A model generated the notes under the pieces. That model did not search any database and was not told the DNA's origin. It saw nothing but the letters and a program-made list of their open reading frames with translations. Positions 48,910-59,353 of a stretch of 64,000 nucleotides of DNA are shown here, piece after piece (the first letter of the stretch is position 1; each line of letters begins with the position of its first letter). Location of the stretch: positions 124,001 to 188,000 of the forward strand of contig JABVCE010000018.1 of NCBI GenBank assembly GCA_014905635.1. The letters are read 5' to 3'. Position numbers and translations under genes: made by a program. The stretch is from Scenedesmus sp. PABB004. Its lineage: Eukaryota.

Positions 48910-49458
48910 TCAGGCGGCCGTGAGCACGCGCAGCTCGCGCAGCGCGGCGGTCAGGCGCTCCAGGCTGAGCGGCTTGTGCAGGCAGACGTCCACGCCGCAC
49001 GCGAGCGTGTGCTGCTCCACCGAGAGCGCCGCGCCGTCGCCGGCGGCGCACGCGGCGCTCGCGCCCGCGTCGCTCGCGAGGTCGCACGCGGTGCACGCGA
49101 TGATCGGCAGGCGCGCCGCGGGCGCGTCCTGCACCGCCTCCAGCGCGCGCAGGCGGCGCGCGGTGGCCCAGCCGTCCAGGACGGGCATCTGCAGGTCCAG
49201 CAGCACCGCCGCCACGGCGCCCGCGCCGGCGTCGCGCGCGGCGAGCGCCGAGAGCGCCTCGGCGCCGTCGGCGGCCTCGATGGTCGCGAAGCCCAGCTTG
49301 CGCGCCATGGCGCTCAGGAGCTTGCGGTTCAGCGCCATGTCGTCCACCACCAGCACCGTGCCGCAGCCGCCGCCGGCGTGCTTCAGCGCCGCGGCGCGCT
49401 GCGCTGCGGCCGCGGCGGCGACGGCAGCCGGCGGCGCCGGCAGGGGCGACCGAGCCAT
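48910..49458 (-). CDS. Stand-alone response-regulator receiver (CheY-like) protein
   Basis: VLVVDD..NR, EAADGAEA, VLLDLQMPVLDG, PIIACTA, LHKPL. All canonical receiver residues are present and the receiver-coding part has no intron. Confidence 0.88.
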   Translation of the reverse strand: MARSPLPAPPAAVAAAAAAQRAAALKHAGGGCGTVLVVDDMALNRKLLSAMARKLGFATIEAADGAEALSALAARDAGAGAVAAVLLDLQMPVLDGWATARRLRALEAVQDAPAARLPIIACTACDLASDAGASAACAAGDGAALSVEQHTLACGVDVCLHKPLSLERLTAALRELRVLTAA

Positions 49459-49857
49459 GCCTGGAGGCTCCTGCGACAACGGGCGGGCGCGGCGGGCAAA
49501 TCAGGGGGCCGCGCGCGGCGGACGGGCGCGCCGCGTGGGCGGCATCGCGCCCGGCTCGGCCCCGCGCCCACCGTGCGCCGGGCGCGCCGCGGGCCGGCGA
49601 CCCTGAGTTGGGGCGGTGCAGGCGACCTACTGCGCTGGCGGGGGGCGCGCACAGCACTGCTTGCACGCGGCGCGTGCGGCGCGGGTCGAGCAGCACGGCT
49701 CCCAAGCACGCGCGGAGGAGTCTGGGACGGGCTGCGCCGGTCGCGTTGTGCTCGTGGGGGGCCGCGCGAGCTGGTCGACGCGCTGGGGCGCGCCCCCGCC
49801 GGATTCGCGACCTGTCAGAAATCCAACCGAAGCTCAAAGAGGGTCACGCACATCATG

Positions 49858-51433
49858 TCACAGCAGGCCCAGGCGGTCGCGCCGCGACTGTCGGGAGTAG
49901 ACAGCGGCGTCGTACTCTCCAACGTCCTCGGCCAGCGCCCGCAGCGCGTCGGCCGCCGCCTCGCCGGACGGGAGCACCGCCGGCAGCGGCGACCGCTGCT
50001 GCCCCTGCTCAAGCGGCTGTGGCTGCTGCACCTGCTCCAGCGGCTGTGCCTGCTGCGCCTGGAACTGCGACTGCTGCAGCGGCTGTGGCTGCTGCGCCTG
50101 CCCCAGCGCCCGCAGCTCCGCGGCGACCACGGCCAGCACGCGCTGCGGCGTCGACATGACGCGCATGGGGCGCGCGCTGGTGCCGGTGGCCTCGACCTGC
50201 GGACGGGCGGGCGAGGCTGTCGCAGCGCCCGGCGGCGGCGCCGCGAGCGCGGCGCCGGCGAGGCCCTGCCGCGCACGCGGCGCCCCGCGAGTGCGGCCCC
50301 GGCAAGGCCCTGCCGCGCACGCGGCGCCCCGCGCGCTGCGCCCGCCGCCGCACCTCCAGCCCCGGCGCGCTGAACGCCTCGGGCAGCACCGTTGCGCGCT
50401 CCTCGCGGCAGCAGCAGCCCAGCAGCAGCTGCCGCACCACCTGGGTCGCCGCGGGGCTGAGCCGCTGCTCGCCCTCGCCGCCAGGCGCCGCGTCGCCGCT
50501 GCCGTCGCCGCCGCCGCCGCCGCCGCTGTCGTCGCCGTCGTCCGACCAGCCCGAGAAGCGCGCGCGTGCGCGGGCCATCGCGGCCGCCGCCATCTGCTTG
50601 TAGCCGCTCGCAGCGGCAAAGCCGTCCAGGCTGCTGGCGGCGCGCGGCGGCGCGCGCCACTGCTGCAGCTTGGCCTCCTGCGCGGCGGCGAGCGCGGGGC
50701 AGCAGCGGCCCGTCGGCGCGCCGCGCCCAGGCGCCCGGGCGTCCCCCGCGCCTGCACGGTCCCACTGGCCTGCTGCGCGCCGTCGACCGGCCCCCTGCTG
50801 CCGCCCCCAGGCCGCCGCGCCGCGCGCGGCGCGCACCTCGCGCTCCGCCGCGCGGTACAGGTCGTCCAGGGGCACGCCGCCCACACTCGCGGGCGCCCCG
50901 CCGGCGTGCTCCGCCTGCCATGCGCGGTAGTTGGCGTAGGCGAGGCTGCTCGCGAGCGGCGGCAGCAGCCGCGCGCTCGCGGCCGCCTCGGCGCGCTCCT
51001 TGAGCACCACCAGCTGCGCCGCGAGGCCCGCCAGCTCCGCCCGCCGCGGCCCGCCCGCGGCGCGCCGCTCCTGCGCGGCCAGCCAGAACAGGAAGCTGGG
51101 CCGGAACGCGGCGGCCGCCGCCTCGTCGCCGCCGGCCGCCGCCTCCTGCAGCGCTTCCAGCTCGGCAAAGCCCAGCCCGCGCAGGCGCTCCGCCAGCGCC
51201 CCAAACTGCTGCTCCTGCTGCTCCTGCTCCTGCTGCTGCTGCTGCTGCTGCGCCTGCCGCTGCGCCTGCTGCTGCGCCTGCTGCTCGTCGCCCGCGCCGG
51301 CAGCGCCACCAGCGCCGGAGGCGCCACCAGCAGCTGGGAGCTGTGGGCGGGGCGGCTGGCACACGCGCCCGGGCGCGGGCAGCGGCGCCGCGCCGCGCGG
51401 CGGCGCGCCGGGCGGGCGCCGGGGCCGCAGCAT
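49858..51433 (-). CDS. Hypothetical, probably plastid-targeted helical protein (weak resemblance to the At4g37920 family), about 3 exons
   Basis: Arg/Pro/Ala N-terminus, polyQ, then FRPSFLFWLAAQE..ELAGLAAQLV and QVVRQLL..EERATVLPEAFSAP..STPQRVL. The family resemblance is by eye only. Confidence 0.5.
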
Positions 51434-51896
51434 GGCGGCAGCAGTGGAGGCTCTGGAGCCTGTAGAGCTGCGCGTGGGCGGTCGTCGGTCGTCTGGGCGC
51501 CCGCACCGCTGCGCGCGGCCCATCGCGAACAGAGGCCCGCAGAACCCGCCTAACAGGCCTCTCACGCGACTCGATCACCGCGCGGTCGATCAACAACGCG
51601 CCAGGCTTGGCTAGGCAGGCGGAGTCGCCGGCCGCAGCGCGCAGCCGCCCACGCGGGCAGCAGCAGCATCAGCTTCGGCGGCCGTCGCTGGCGGCGGCTG
51701 GAGGCGGCGCGGCGGAGGGGAGCTCGCGCGACCCTCGGCAGCGGCAGGCCCTGCAGGTCACGACGCGTGCGGGCCGCGGCGTCAGCAGCAGAGGGCGGCG
51801 CAGCCGCCGGCAGCAGCAGCGGCGCAGGGCGGCGCAGCAGGCAGCAGCAGCGGCGGAGCGCGCAGCAGCCGCCGGCAGAGCTAGCAGCGGAGCGCG

Positions 51897-54800
51897 ATGT
51901 CGGCGGGCCGGGCGCCGCCGCCGCTCGCGCGCGTGGCGCACCAGTACGTGGACGAGGAGCACGACGACGCCCTCGTGTGCAAGGTCTGCCACGACGTGGT
52001 GGGCACGCACGCGGCATGCCGCTTCTGCAACAACGCCTACTGCCAGCGCTGCGTGCACGTGTGGTTCGCGACGCAGCAGGGCAGCGGGCAGGGCTGCACG
52101 TGCCCCTACTGCCGCCGCCGCCTGCGCTTCAGTGACCTGCGGCACGACCCGGCTGTGCAGGCGCGCCTCGACGCGCTGCGCGTGCGCTGCCCCAACGCGG
52201 CCGCCGGCTGCGACGCGGTGCTGCCGCGCGGGCGCGTGGGCGCGCACGTGCGCGCCGAATGCCCCGCGCAGCGCACCGAGTGCGCGCACTGCGGCCGCGC
52301 GGGGCTGCGCCGCGACGTCGCGCCGCACGAGGACGCCGAGTGCGAGCAGCGGCCCGTGCCGTGCGCGCACGCGGCGGCCGGCTGCGACGCGCGCGTGCCG
52401 GGGAGCATGGCGTTGACGCACCTTGACCACGAGTGCGCCCACCAGCCCGCGCCGTGCGCGCGCTGCGGGCAGGCCGTGCCGCGCCGCGAATGGGCAGCGC
52501 ACCTGCAGCGCGGCTGCGACGCCGCGCGGCCCTGCCCCGGCCGGCTGTGGGGCTGCGCGTGGGTCGGCGGCGCGGGCGAGCTCGCGGCGCACGCGGCCGG
52601 CTGCGCGGCCGTCGCGGCGCGCGCCGCGGCGGCCGCGGCGCTCGCGGCCGCGCCGCCGGGCGAGGCGGCGGCCGCGGACGCGGCGGCGGTCGCCGCGCTC
52701 GAGGCGGCCGACGCCGGCGAGCTGCCGCCGGGGTGCGTTGTCGACCCGTATCGCGAGTTTGGGGCGCCCTCGGTCGGCGCCGCGTCGGCGGCGGCGGCGC
52801 AGGCGCTGCTGGACGCGGTGCCGGCGTCGGTGCGGCCGCCGCGGCTGCCGGGCGCCGACGGCGACTGGCTGCTCGCGCGCGCGGCGGCGGCAGGAGCGCG
52901 CAGCTCGCCGGCGGCGCTGGCGGCGCACACGCCGCCGCGCGCGATCGGCGGCGGCGGCGCCGGCGGCGGCGCGGCGCTGGGCGCCAGCCCCGGCGCGGCC
53001 CTGCCGCACGGGATGCCCGCGGCGGAGGCGCTCGCGCTCGGCCTGCCCGGGTGCTTCGGCCTGCTGGGCCTGCAGGGCGACGCCGTGCAGGAGTCGGCGT
53101 GGCGCACGATGCTGAACGTCGGCCTGCTCGACGTCCTCGCCGGCGAGGCGGGCGCGCTCGCGGGCGCGGTGAGCTCGTTCACGCTCTACACCTCTCTCGC
53201 GCGCGCGTGGCGCACCTGCAGCGCCGCGCTGTCCGCGCGCGCCGCGCGCCGCGCGCGCGGCGCCGCCGAGCCGGAGCGCCCGGCCGCTGGCGGCGCCGCC
53301 GCCGCCGGCGGCGGGGGCCAGGCGGCGCGCGGGCGCGGCGCGGCGGCGATGGCGGCCGCGGCGGCGGCGGCGGTGGCGGCGGCGGAGGATGCAGACGTGG
53401 AGGGCGACGGCGAGCTCGGCGTCCCAGGACTGGAGCGGGGGCTGTTTGACGACGAGTTTGATGAGCTCGACGCCTGGTGGATGCAGCAGCGGCCGCTGCT
53501 CAACGCGTCGGCGGCCGCGGCGGGCCACGTGTACCGCCTCTGGGTCACGCTCGGCGGCGCGGCGCTGCTGCCCGGCGAGGGCGGCGACCTGCACGACCTC
53601 GCCACGCTCGCGGGCACGGCGCTGACGCTGGTGCAGTCGGTCCTCGCCGCGTCCGGCCGCGGCGCCCGGGGCGCGGACGGCGGCGGCGGCGACGGCGCGG
53701 ACGGCGGCGGCGCGGACGGCGGCGGCGCGGACGGCGGCGGCGCGGACGGCGGCGGCGCGGCGCCGGCGCGGGTCGCTGGGCAGGCGCCGGCGGAGCAGCG
53801 GCGCTGGGGCCTGACGCCGGCCGCCTTTGCGCGCTGGGCCACGGCGGGCGACGCCGGTGGCGCCGCAGCCGACGCGGCGGCGGCCGCCACGGCCGCGGCT
53901 GCGCCGCCTCCGCCTCCGCCCGCGGCGCCCCGGGGCCTGGGCGCGGGCGCGGGCCTCGGCCGGCGCAGCCCGGCGCGCGCCGGCGGCGCCGCCGCGGACG
54001 AGCCCGGCGGCGCGCAGCCCAGCCACGCCGCGACGCTGCGCGCGCTGCACGAGCTCGCCGCGGGGCCGGTGCCCAGCCGCCGCCGCACGCCGGCGGTGGT
54101 GCGTGGCCTGCGGTCGCTGGAGGCGCTGGAGCTTGCGAGCGCGGTGCTGGTGCTGCACCACCTGCGGGGGCAGCACGTCGAGACGGCGCTCGTCCCGGAG
54201 GTCGACACCATCCTGCAGCCAGGGTTCAGGGCGTTCTGGGGCCCCAGCGTGCTCGCCGGCGGCGCGGCGTGGCTCACCGGCGGCGCGGCGCGCCCGCCAG
54301 TGCTCGGCTGGCGCGCGACGGCGGCCGCCAGCGACATGCTCACCCGCCTCGCGTGCCAGCTTCTCCAAGTCATGTGGGAGAGTTTCTACGACGAGCAGGA
54401 GTGCTGCGTGCCGCTCAGCCCGCGCATGGCGCTCGCGGCGGCGCAGGTGCGCGGGGCGCGGCGCGGCGGGCGGGCGGGGAGGGGCGGGCGGGGAGGGGCG
54501 AGCTGCCGGCACGCGCAGGGGCAGCGCTCACACGCCACGCGCCGGCGCCGACGAAATGGCGCCCTGCGCGCCGATCCGAACGCAGCTGGTGCTGCCGGCG
54601 GCGCTGCTGGAGGCGGCCGCGCCGCGCCTCGCGCAGCTCGCCCAGCGGGCGCACGACGAGGAGTGCAACGAGATCTCTGAGCTCACGTGGCAGGAGCTCG
54701 GCGCGCGCCTGGGGCTCGTGCTTGAGGTGCGCCTGTGGGCGGGCGCTGCGCGCGCCCTCGCGCCGCGCCGCGCCGCGCGCGGGGCCGCCCGTGCTGCGCG

Positions 54801-55219
54801 CGCCCGCGGCGACCGCCTGCGCCCGCGCGCCCGCGCCGCCGCCGCCGCCGCCGCAGCTCGACAAGCTGGTGTGCCTGGTGCACCAGCTGCTGCCGGTGAG
54901 CGCGGAGGAGGAGGAGGAGGACGGCAGCGAGGGCTTTGGCGAGGGCGACGACGAGGGCATCAGCGGCAGTGACGAGTACACGACGGACGACGGCGAGGCC
55001 GGCAGCAGCGAGGGCGACGAGGGCGCACGCAGCAGCGGCAGCGGCGAGTACACGACAGATGACGGCGAGGCCAGCGGCGACGAGGGCGACGACGAGGGCC
55101 CCGACAGCTCTGGCGCGGCGGCGCGGGTCGACGGGCGCGGCGCGCCGGCGAACGCGGCGGGCGAGGACGGGGGCGAGCGGCGCGCGCCGCTGCGCGGCCG
55201 CGCCGGCGCCGGCGCGGCG

Positions 55220-55254
<35 letters not shown>

Positions 55255-57482
55255 CGGGCCCAGCCGCGGCGCCGCCGCGACGCGGGGCGGCAGGGGCGGC
55301 GCCGCCAGCGCGCGCGGCAGCAGCCAGCCGCGGCACGGCAGCGGCACGCCCGGCAGCAGCGGCGGCGACAGCGAGAGCGGCTCCGACGGCGGCTGGGCGT
55401 CGGCCGGCTCCGACGACGAGGCCACCGCCGCCAAGGGCGACGAGCAGGCAGCGCAGGCCGCCGCCGCGGTGGCCACACGCGGGGCGCCGCCGGCGGCGCC
55501 GCCCGTGGCCGGGGCCGCGCCGCCCGCGGCGGGCGAGCTGGTGGCGGCGGGCGCGGGGTCGCACGCCGCGTGGCAGCAGGAGATGGCGAGCAGCCTGCTT
55601 CGGCTCGCGGGCGCTGCGGACGGCACGCCGCAGCTGCAGCAGCTCCTCGTCCGCCAGGGCGTCGCCGCGCTTGACTGGGCCGGCCCCGGGCTGCAGCAGG
55701 CGTTCGGCCTGCAGGCGGCGCCGCAGCCGGGCGCTGCGACTGGCGCCGCCGAGGCGGCGGGCGCGGCGGGCGGCGCGGCGGCGGCGGGCGCCGCGGCCGA
55801 CGGGCAGACCGAGGCGGCACGGCAGCGGGCGCTGGGCGCGGAGCGGGAGCACACCGACCCTGTCATGCACGGCGTGGTGCTGCTGGCCGGCGTGCTGGAG
55901 GCGGTGCTGCAGCAGCTGCTGCAGGGCGCCGCGGGCGTGGCCGCCGAGGAGGCCGCCACGCTCGCGGCGGTGGCGGCCGGCGGCGGCGGCGAGGCCATGC
56001 AGCTGGACGGCGCGGCGGCGGCGGACGCGGCGGCAGAGGGCGCCGCTGGCGCTGTGTTTGTGGGGCCGCGCCACGTCCTGCTGGCGGCGGCGGGGAGCGA
56101 GCACCTGAAGGCGGCGCTGCTGGACAGGTGCGGGCATGACGCGCGCGCCGCCGCGAGCTGCACGCGGGGCCGGGGCGCCGCGGCCAGGCGAGCGCCTGAG
56201 CGCTCTCCTCCGCGCGCGCGTGCCGCCCGCGCGCAGGCCGGTCGACCGCCGCGCCGGCAGTGCGAGCGCCGCCGTCGTGGGCGCCGGCGTCGTGCCGCGC
56301 CTCCGCGCCGACCTGCTGCCGGCGCCGGCGGCCGAGCCGCTGGCGGCCTGGCTGCTCGCGCTCGGCGGCGGCAAGTGGCGCCAGCTGCAGCAGGCCCTGG
56401 ACGCGATGCAGCTGGACGGCTCGCCGCACGAGCCCGCCGCCGCCAGCACCCGGCGCGTGCTGTTCCCCGCCGACCTGCGCTTCTATTGTGCCAGCGCCTG
56501 GGACGCCGCCGGCGGCGGTGACGGTGCCGGTGTCGGCGCCGCGGGCGGGCCGCCGGCGGCCGTCGTCTGCTGCTTCCTGTCGGGCTGGCAGTGCGCCGCG
56601 TGCGGCGCCGCGACGGCGGAGCTCGGCGGGCTGGAGGCGGCGCTGGACGCGTGCGCAGCCGGCCTGGACGGCCTCGCCGTGGCGATGCCCGCGGACGGCG
56701 CGGCGGCGGGCACGGCGGCGGGCGGGCTCGTGCTCTGCCGCGGCGACGCGCCCGCGACCGGCGTCGCCGAGGTGAGCCTGAGCAGCGCGCTGCAGCAGGA
56801 GCTGACGCGGGCGACGCGGCTGTACCACCTGCAGCAGCAGTGGTGGTACGACGGGGCGGCGCAGCACGGCGCCGGCGCCGGCGACGGCGGCGGCGGCGGC
56901 GGCGCGCCCGGCTGGGCGACGCTCGCGCCCGCCGACCGCGTGCAGCTCGCGGCGGCGCACGCGCTCGTGGCGCCGCTGCGCGACGTGGCGGCGCTGCGCG
57001 AGGTGCAGCTGCAGCAGCGCGCCGCGGGCGGGGTGCTGCCCACGGCCTGCCTGCAGGCGCTCGTGCACGACGCGCTCGACGTGGTCGCGGACGAGCGGCG
57101 CGCGCAGGGCGCGCTGCGCCGCCTCGCCGCGCTGCCCGGCGGCGGGCCGCCGCGCGCCGACGGCGGCGCCGACGGCGGCGCCGACGGCGGCGGCGACGGC
57201 GGCGGCGGCGCCGACGGCGACGGCGCCGACAACGGCGACGGCGTGGAGGACATGGAGCTGGACGACGAGGCGCTGGACCTGCTGTCCGCCGCTGCGGAGG
57301 ACTTTTTGGTCCAGCACCTCTCCGCGGCGCAGGACCTCGCGGCGCACGCGGGCCGGCCGGAGTTGGGGCCGGAGGACCTGCGCGCCGCGCTGCGCGGCGC
57401 GGGCTACGCCCACATGCTGCCGCCGCGTGGGCCGCGCGCCGCCGCGCCGGGCGGCGACGTGTACGTGAGCGGGCTGCTGTGA
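51897..57482 (+). CDS. RING + TRAF-type zinc-finger protein carrying multiple diverged histone folds (H4?/H2B/H2A/H3), 4 exons
   Basis: Exons 51897-54446, 54586-54726, 54857-56127 and 56237-57482, all with phase-consistent GT-AG introns. RING CKVC..C.NAYCQRC..CPYC. TRAF zinc fingers CPNAAAGC..H..EC and CAHAAAGC..HLDHEC. H2A-like LAGVLE..GPRHVLLA..GAGVVP..DLLP. H3-like ALREV..EALDLLSAAAEDFLV..HAGRPELGPEDL. Confidence 0.8.
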
Positions 57483-57840
57483 CGCCGGCGCGCGAGCGCA
57501 GGTTGGCGAGGTTGCGCGGGCGGGAGAGCGGTTAACCCGAGGCCGGGCCGGTCGCCGCCCGCGCGCCAAGCAGCCCCAAGCAGCAGCAGCCCTGGCACAG
57601 CAGTGCAATTGGGAGGCGTTCTTCGCTCCTTTAGGTTGGAGCATGCGCATGCGCAGCCCTCCCCAGCACCCCCCCCCCACACCCCACACACACACGCGCG
57701 CAGCCGCCCGGCCGCCACACCCGCCAGGTTCGCAGCGCCGTCGCACAGGCCCGCCCGCCCAGTCAACCCCGCCCGTGATGGTGTTGATGATGAAAATGCA
57801 AAGCACGAGGCTTGGTATCAAGTCGATGCTCAGCAGTGTA

Positions 57841-59353
57841 TCAGGCCGTGACGCGCAGCAGGGTGGTGCCCCGTGCGTCCGGCGCGCCGCCACCCGCACC
57901 GTACGTGGCGATCACGATCGTGCTCCCGACGCCGATCGCCTGGCACGACACGGTGGCCTCGCCGCCAACGAGCACGGGCCGCGCGGGCGTGCAGCGCGCG
58001 ACGCCCGCCTTGCTCGACCGCACGCGCAGCGCGGCGCCCGGCAGGGCGGGGCCGAGCAGCTTGACCGTCACCGTGGTCCGGGCGATGCCGCTGCTGAGGC
58101 GCAGCGTGCGCCGCGCGGCCGTCACGGCGAGCGAGGTCGCGGGCGGCGCGGGGCTGGGGCTGGGGCTCGCCGCCTCGCCGCCGCCGGGGGCGGGCGAGGG
58201 CGAGGGCAGCTCGGGCGGCTCCGGGCTGGGGCTGGGGCTTGGCGCCGGCGTGGCGGGCTGGGGCTCCGGGCTGGCGGGCTCCGGGCTGGCGGGCTCCGGG
58301 CTGGGCGACGCGGCTGCAGGCGCCGGCGACGGCGAGCTCGCCCCAGGGCCTGCAGGGGGAGCGGCGACGAGCGGCGGTCAGCCGGTCGAGCAGCCGCGGG
58401 CGGCACCGCGCTGCGCCGCTGCGCCCGCCGCTGGCAGCGCGCGGCTGGCCGGCGGTGCGGGCGCGCCGGCGCGGCACTCGCATGTCGACGCGGGGCAGGC
58501 GCCAATCGCAAAGGTCGCCCGGTTGCCGTTGACCGAGCCACCCTGCCAGGCGGCCCACGACGCGCGCAGGACGGTGGTGGTCGGCGGGCCCGCCGCGGCG
58601 CTGCAGGGGATGGTGAGCGTGACGTTGGCTGCCGGGCCGTTGACAAAGTTGCACACGCGGTTGGGGCTGCGGGGCGTCGGTGAATTGGGTGAATTGGGTG
58701 AATTGGGTGTCCGAGGGCGCCGGCGTCGGCGCGCGCGCGCACGCTCGTCGCCAGGCGGCGCAGCGTGGCGCGCGCGCGCGCAGGGGCACGCCGCGCATGC
58801 AGGCCATGGCCAGCGCACCACTGCGCCGCGCCCTGGAAGCACACGGCGTCAAAGGTCCCGACCGTGCTCGTGAGCAGGAAGTGCCCGCTGGGGCCGGGCA
58901 GCGTCAGCGTGACCGTGTAGGCGGTGCCGGGGCAGAGCTCCGTCGCCAGCGCGCCGTCGGGGCCTCGCGCGGCAAAGGTGACCGCCCTGCGCGCCAGCGG
59001 CGGTGTCGGTGTCGGCGGGCGCCGGCGGCGGGGTTCGTCACTGTGCGTGGCCGGCCGCGCGCGCGGCGCGGCACAGCGTGCGCGCGCGGGCGCGGCAGCC
59101 TCGCGGCCGCCAGCTGCGTCAGCAGTGGGCAGCGCCTGCTGCGCGAGCGTGGCCGTGCTCTCGCCACGCACGAGCTGTTCAAAGTCGCCAGCCCATGCGG
59201 CGCGCCGGCGTTGCTCAGGTCACTGGCGCTGTCCGGATGGGCCGTACAGTTGGCCGCCTTGGCGGCCCAGCGCCAGGGATAGGCGTGGACAGCCGGCGCG
59301 AGCAGCGCCGGTGCGAGCACCACCAGCACCAGTGCTCCCCACCGCGCGCGCAT
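57841..59353 (-). CDS. Secreted cell-surface protein: Reeler-like Cys domain + Ser-Pro linker + Ig-like C-terminal domain, 4 exons
   Basis: Signal peptide WGALVLVVLAPALLAPAVHA|YP. LCPGTAYTVTL..FLLTSTVGTF..CPNRV..TLTIPC. (SP/SPEP)n linker. C-terminal beta domain VRSSKAGVARC..VSCQAIGVGSTIVIATY. Confidence 0.7.
58679..58709. repeat. (GGGTGAATT) x3 9-mer tandem repeat in an intron
   Basis: AT-rich repeat just upstream of the acceptor on the minus strand. Confidence 0.8.

Noticed and set aside
50255..50335. ~29-nt direct repeat as a CRISPR array or mobile-element end
   Set aside because: Only two copies inside an intron, with no spacer array, cas gene or transposase.
53100..53230. Alternative H4-like segment LNVGLLDVLAGEAG..VSSFTLYTSL
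   Set aside because: Too weak by eye, with no following H4 alpha2-end/alpha3 motif. Not claimed without a profile search.
15039..57482. Functional cluster linking BRE1 (H2B ligase), TFIIA and the RING-histone-fold gene
   Set aside because: They are 30+ kb apart with many unrelated genes between them. Proximity alone is not evidence in a eukaryotic genome.
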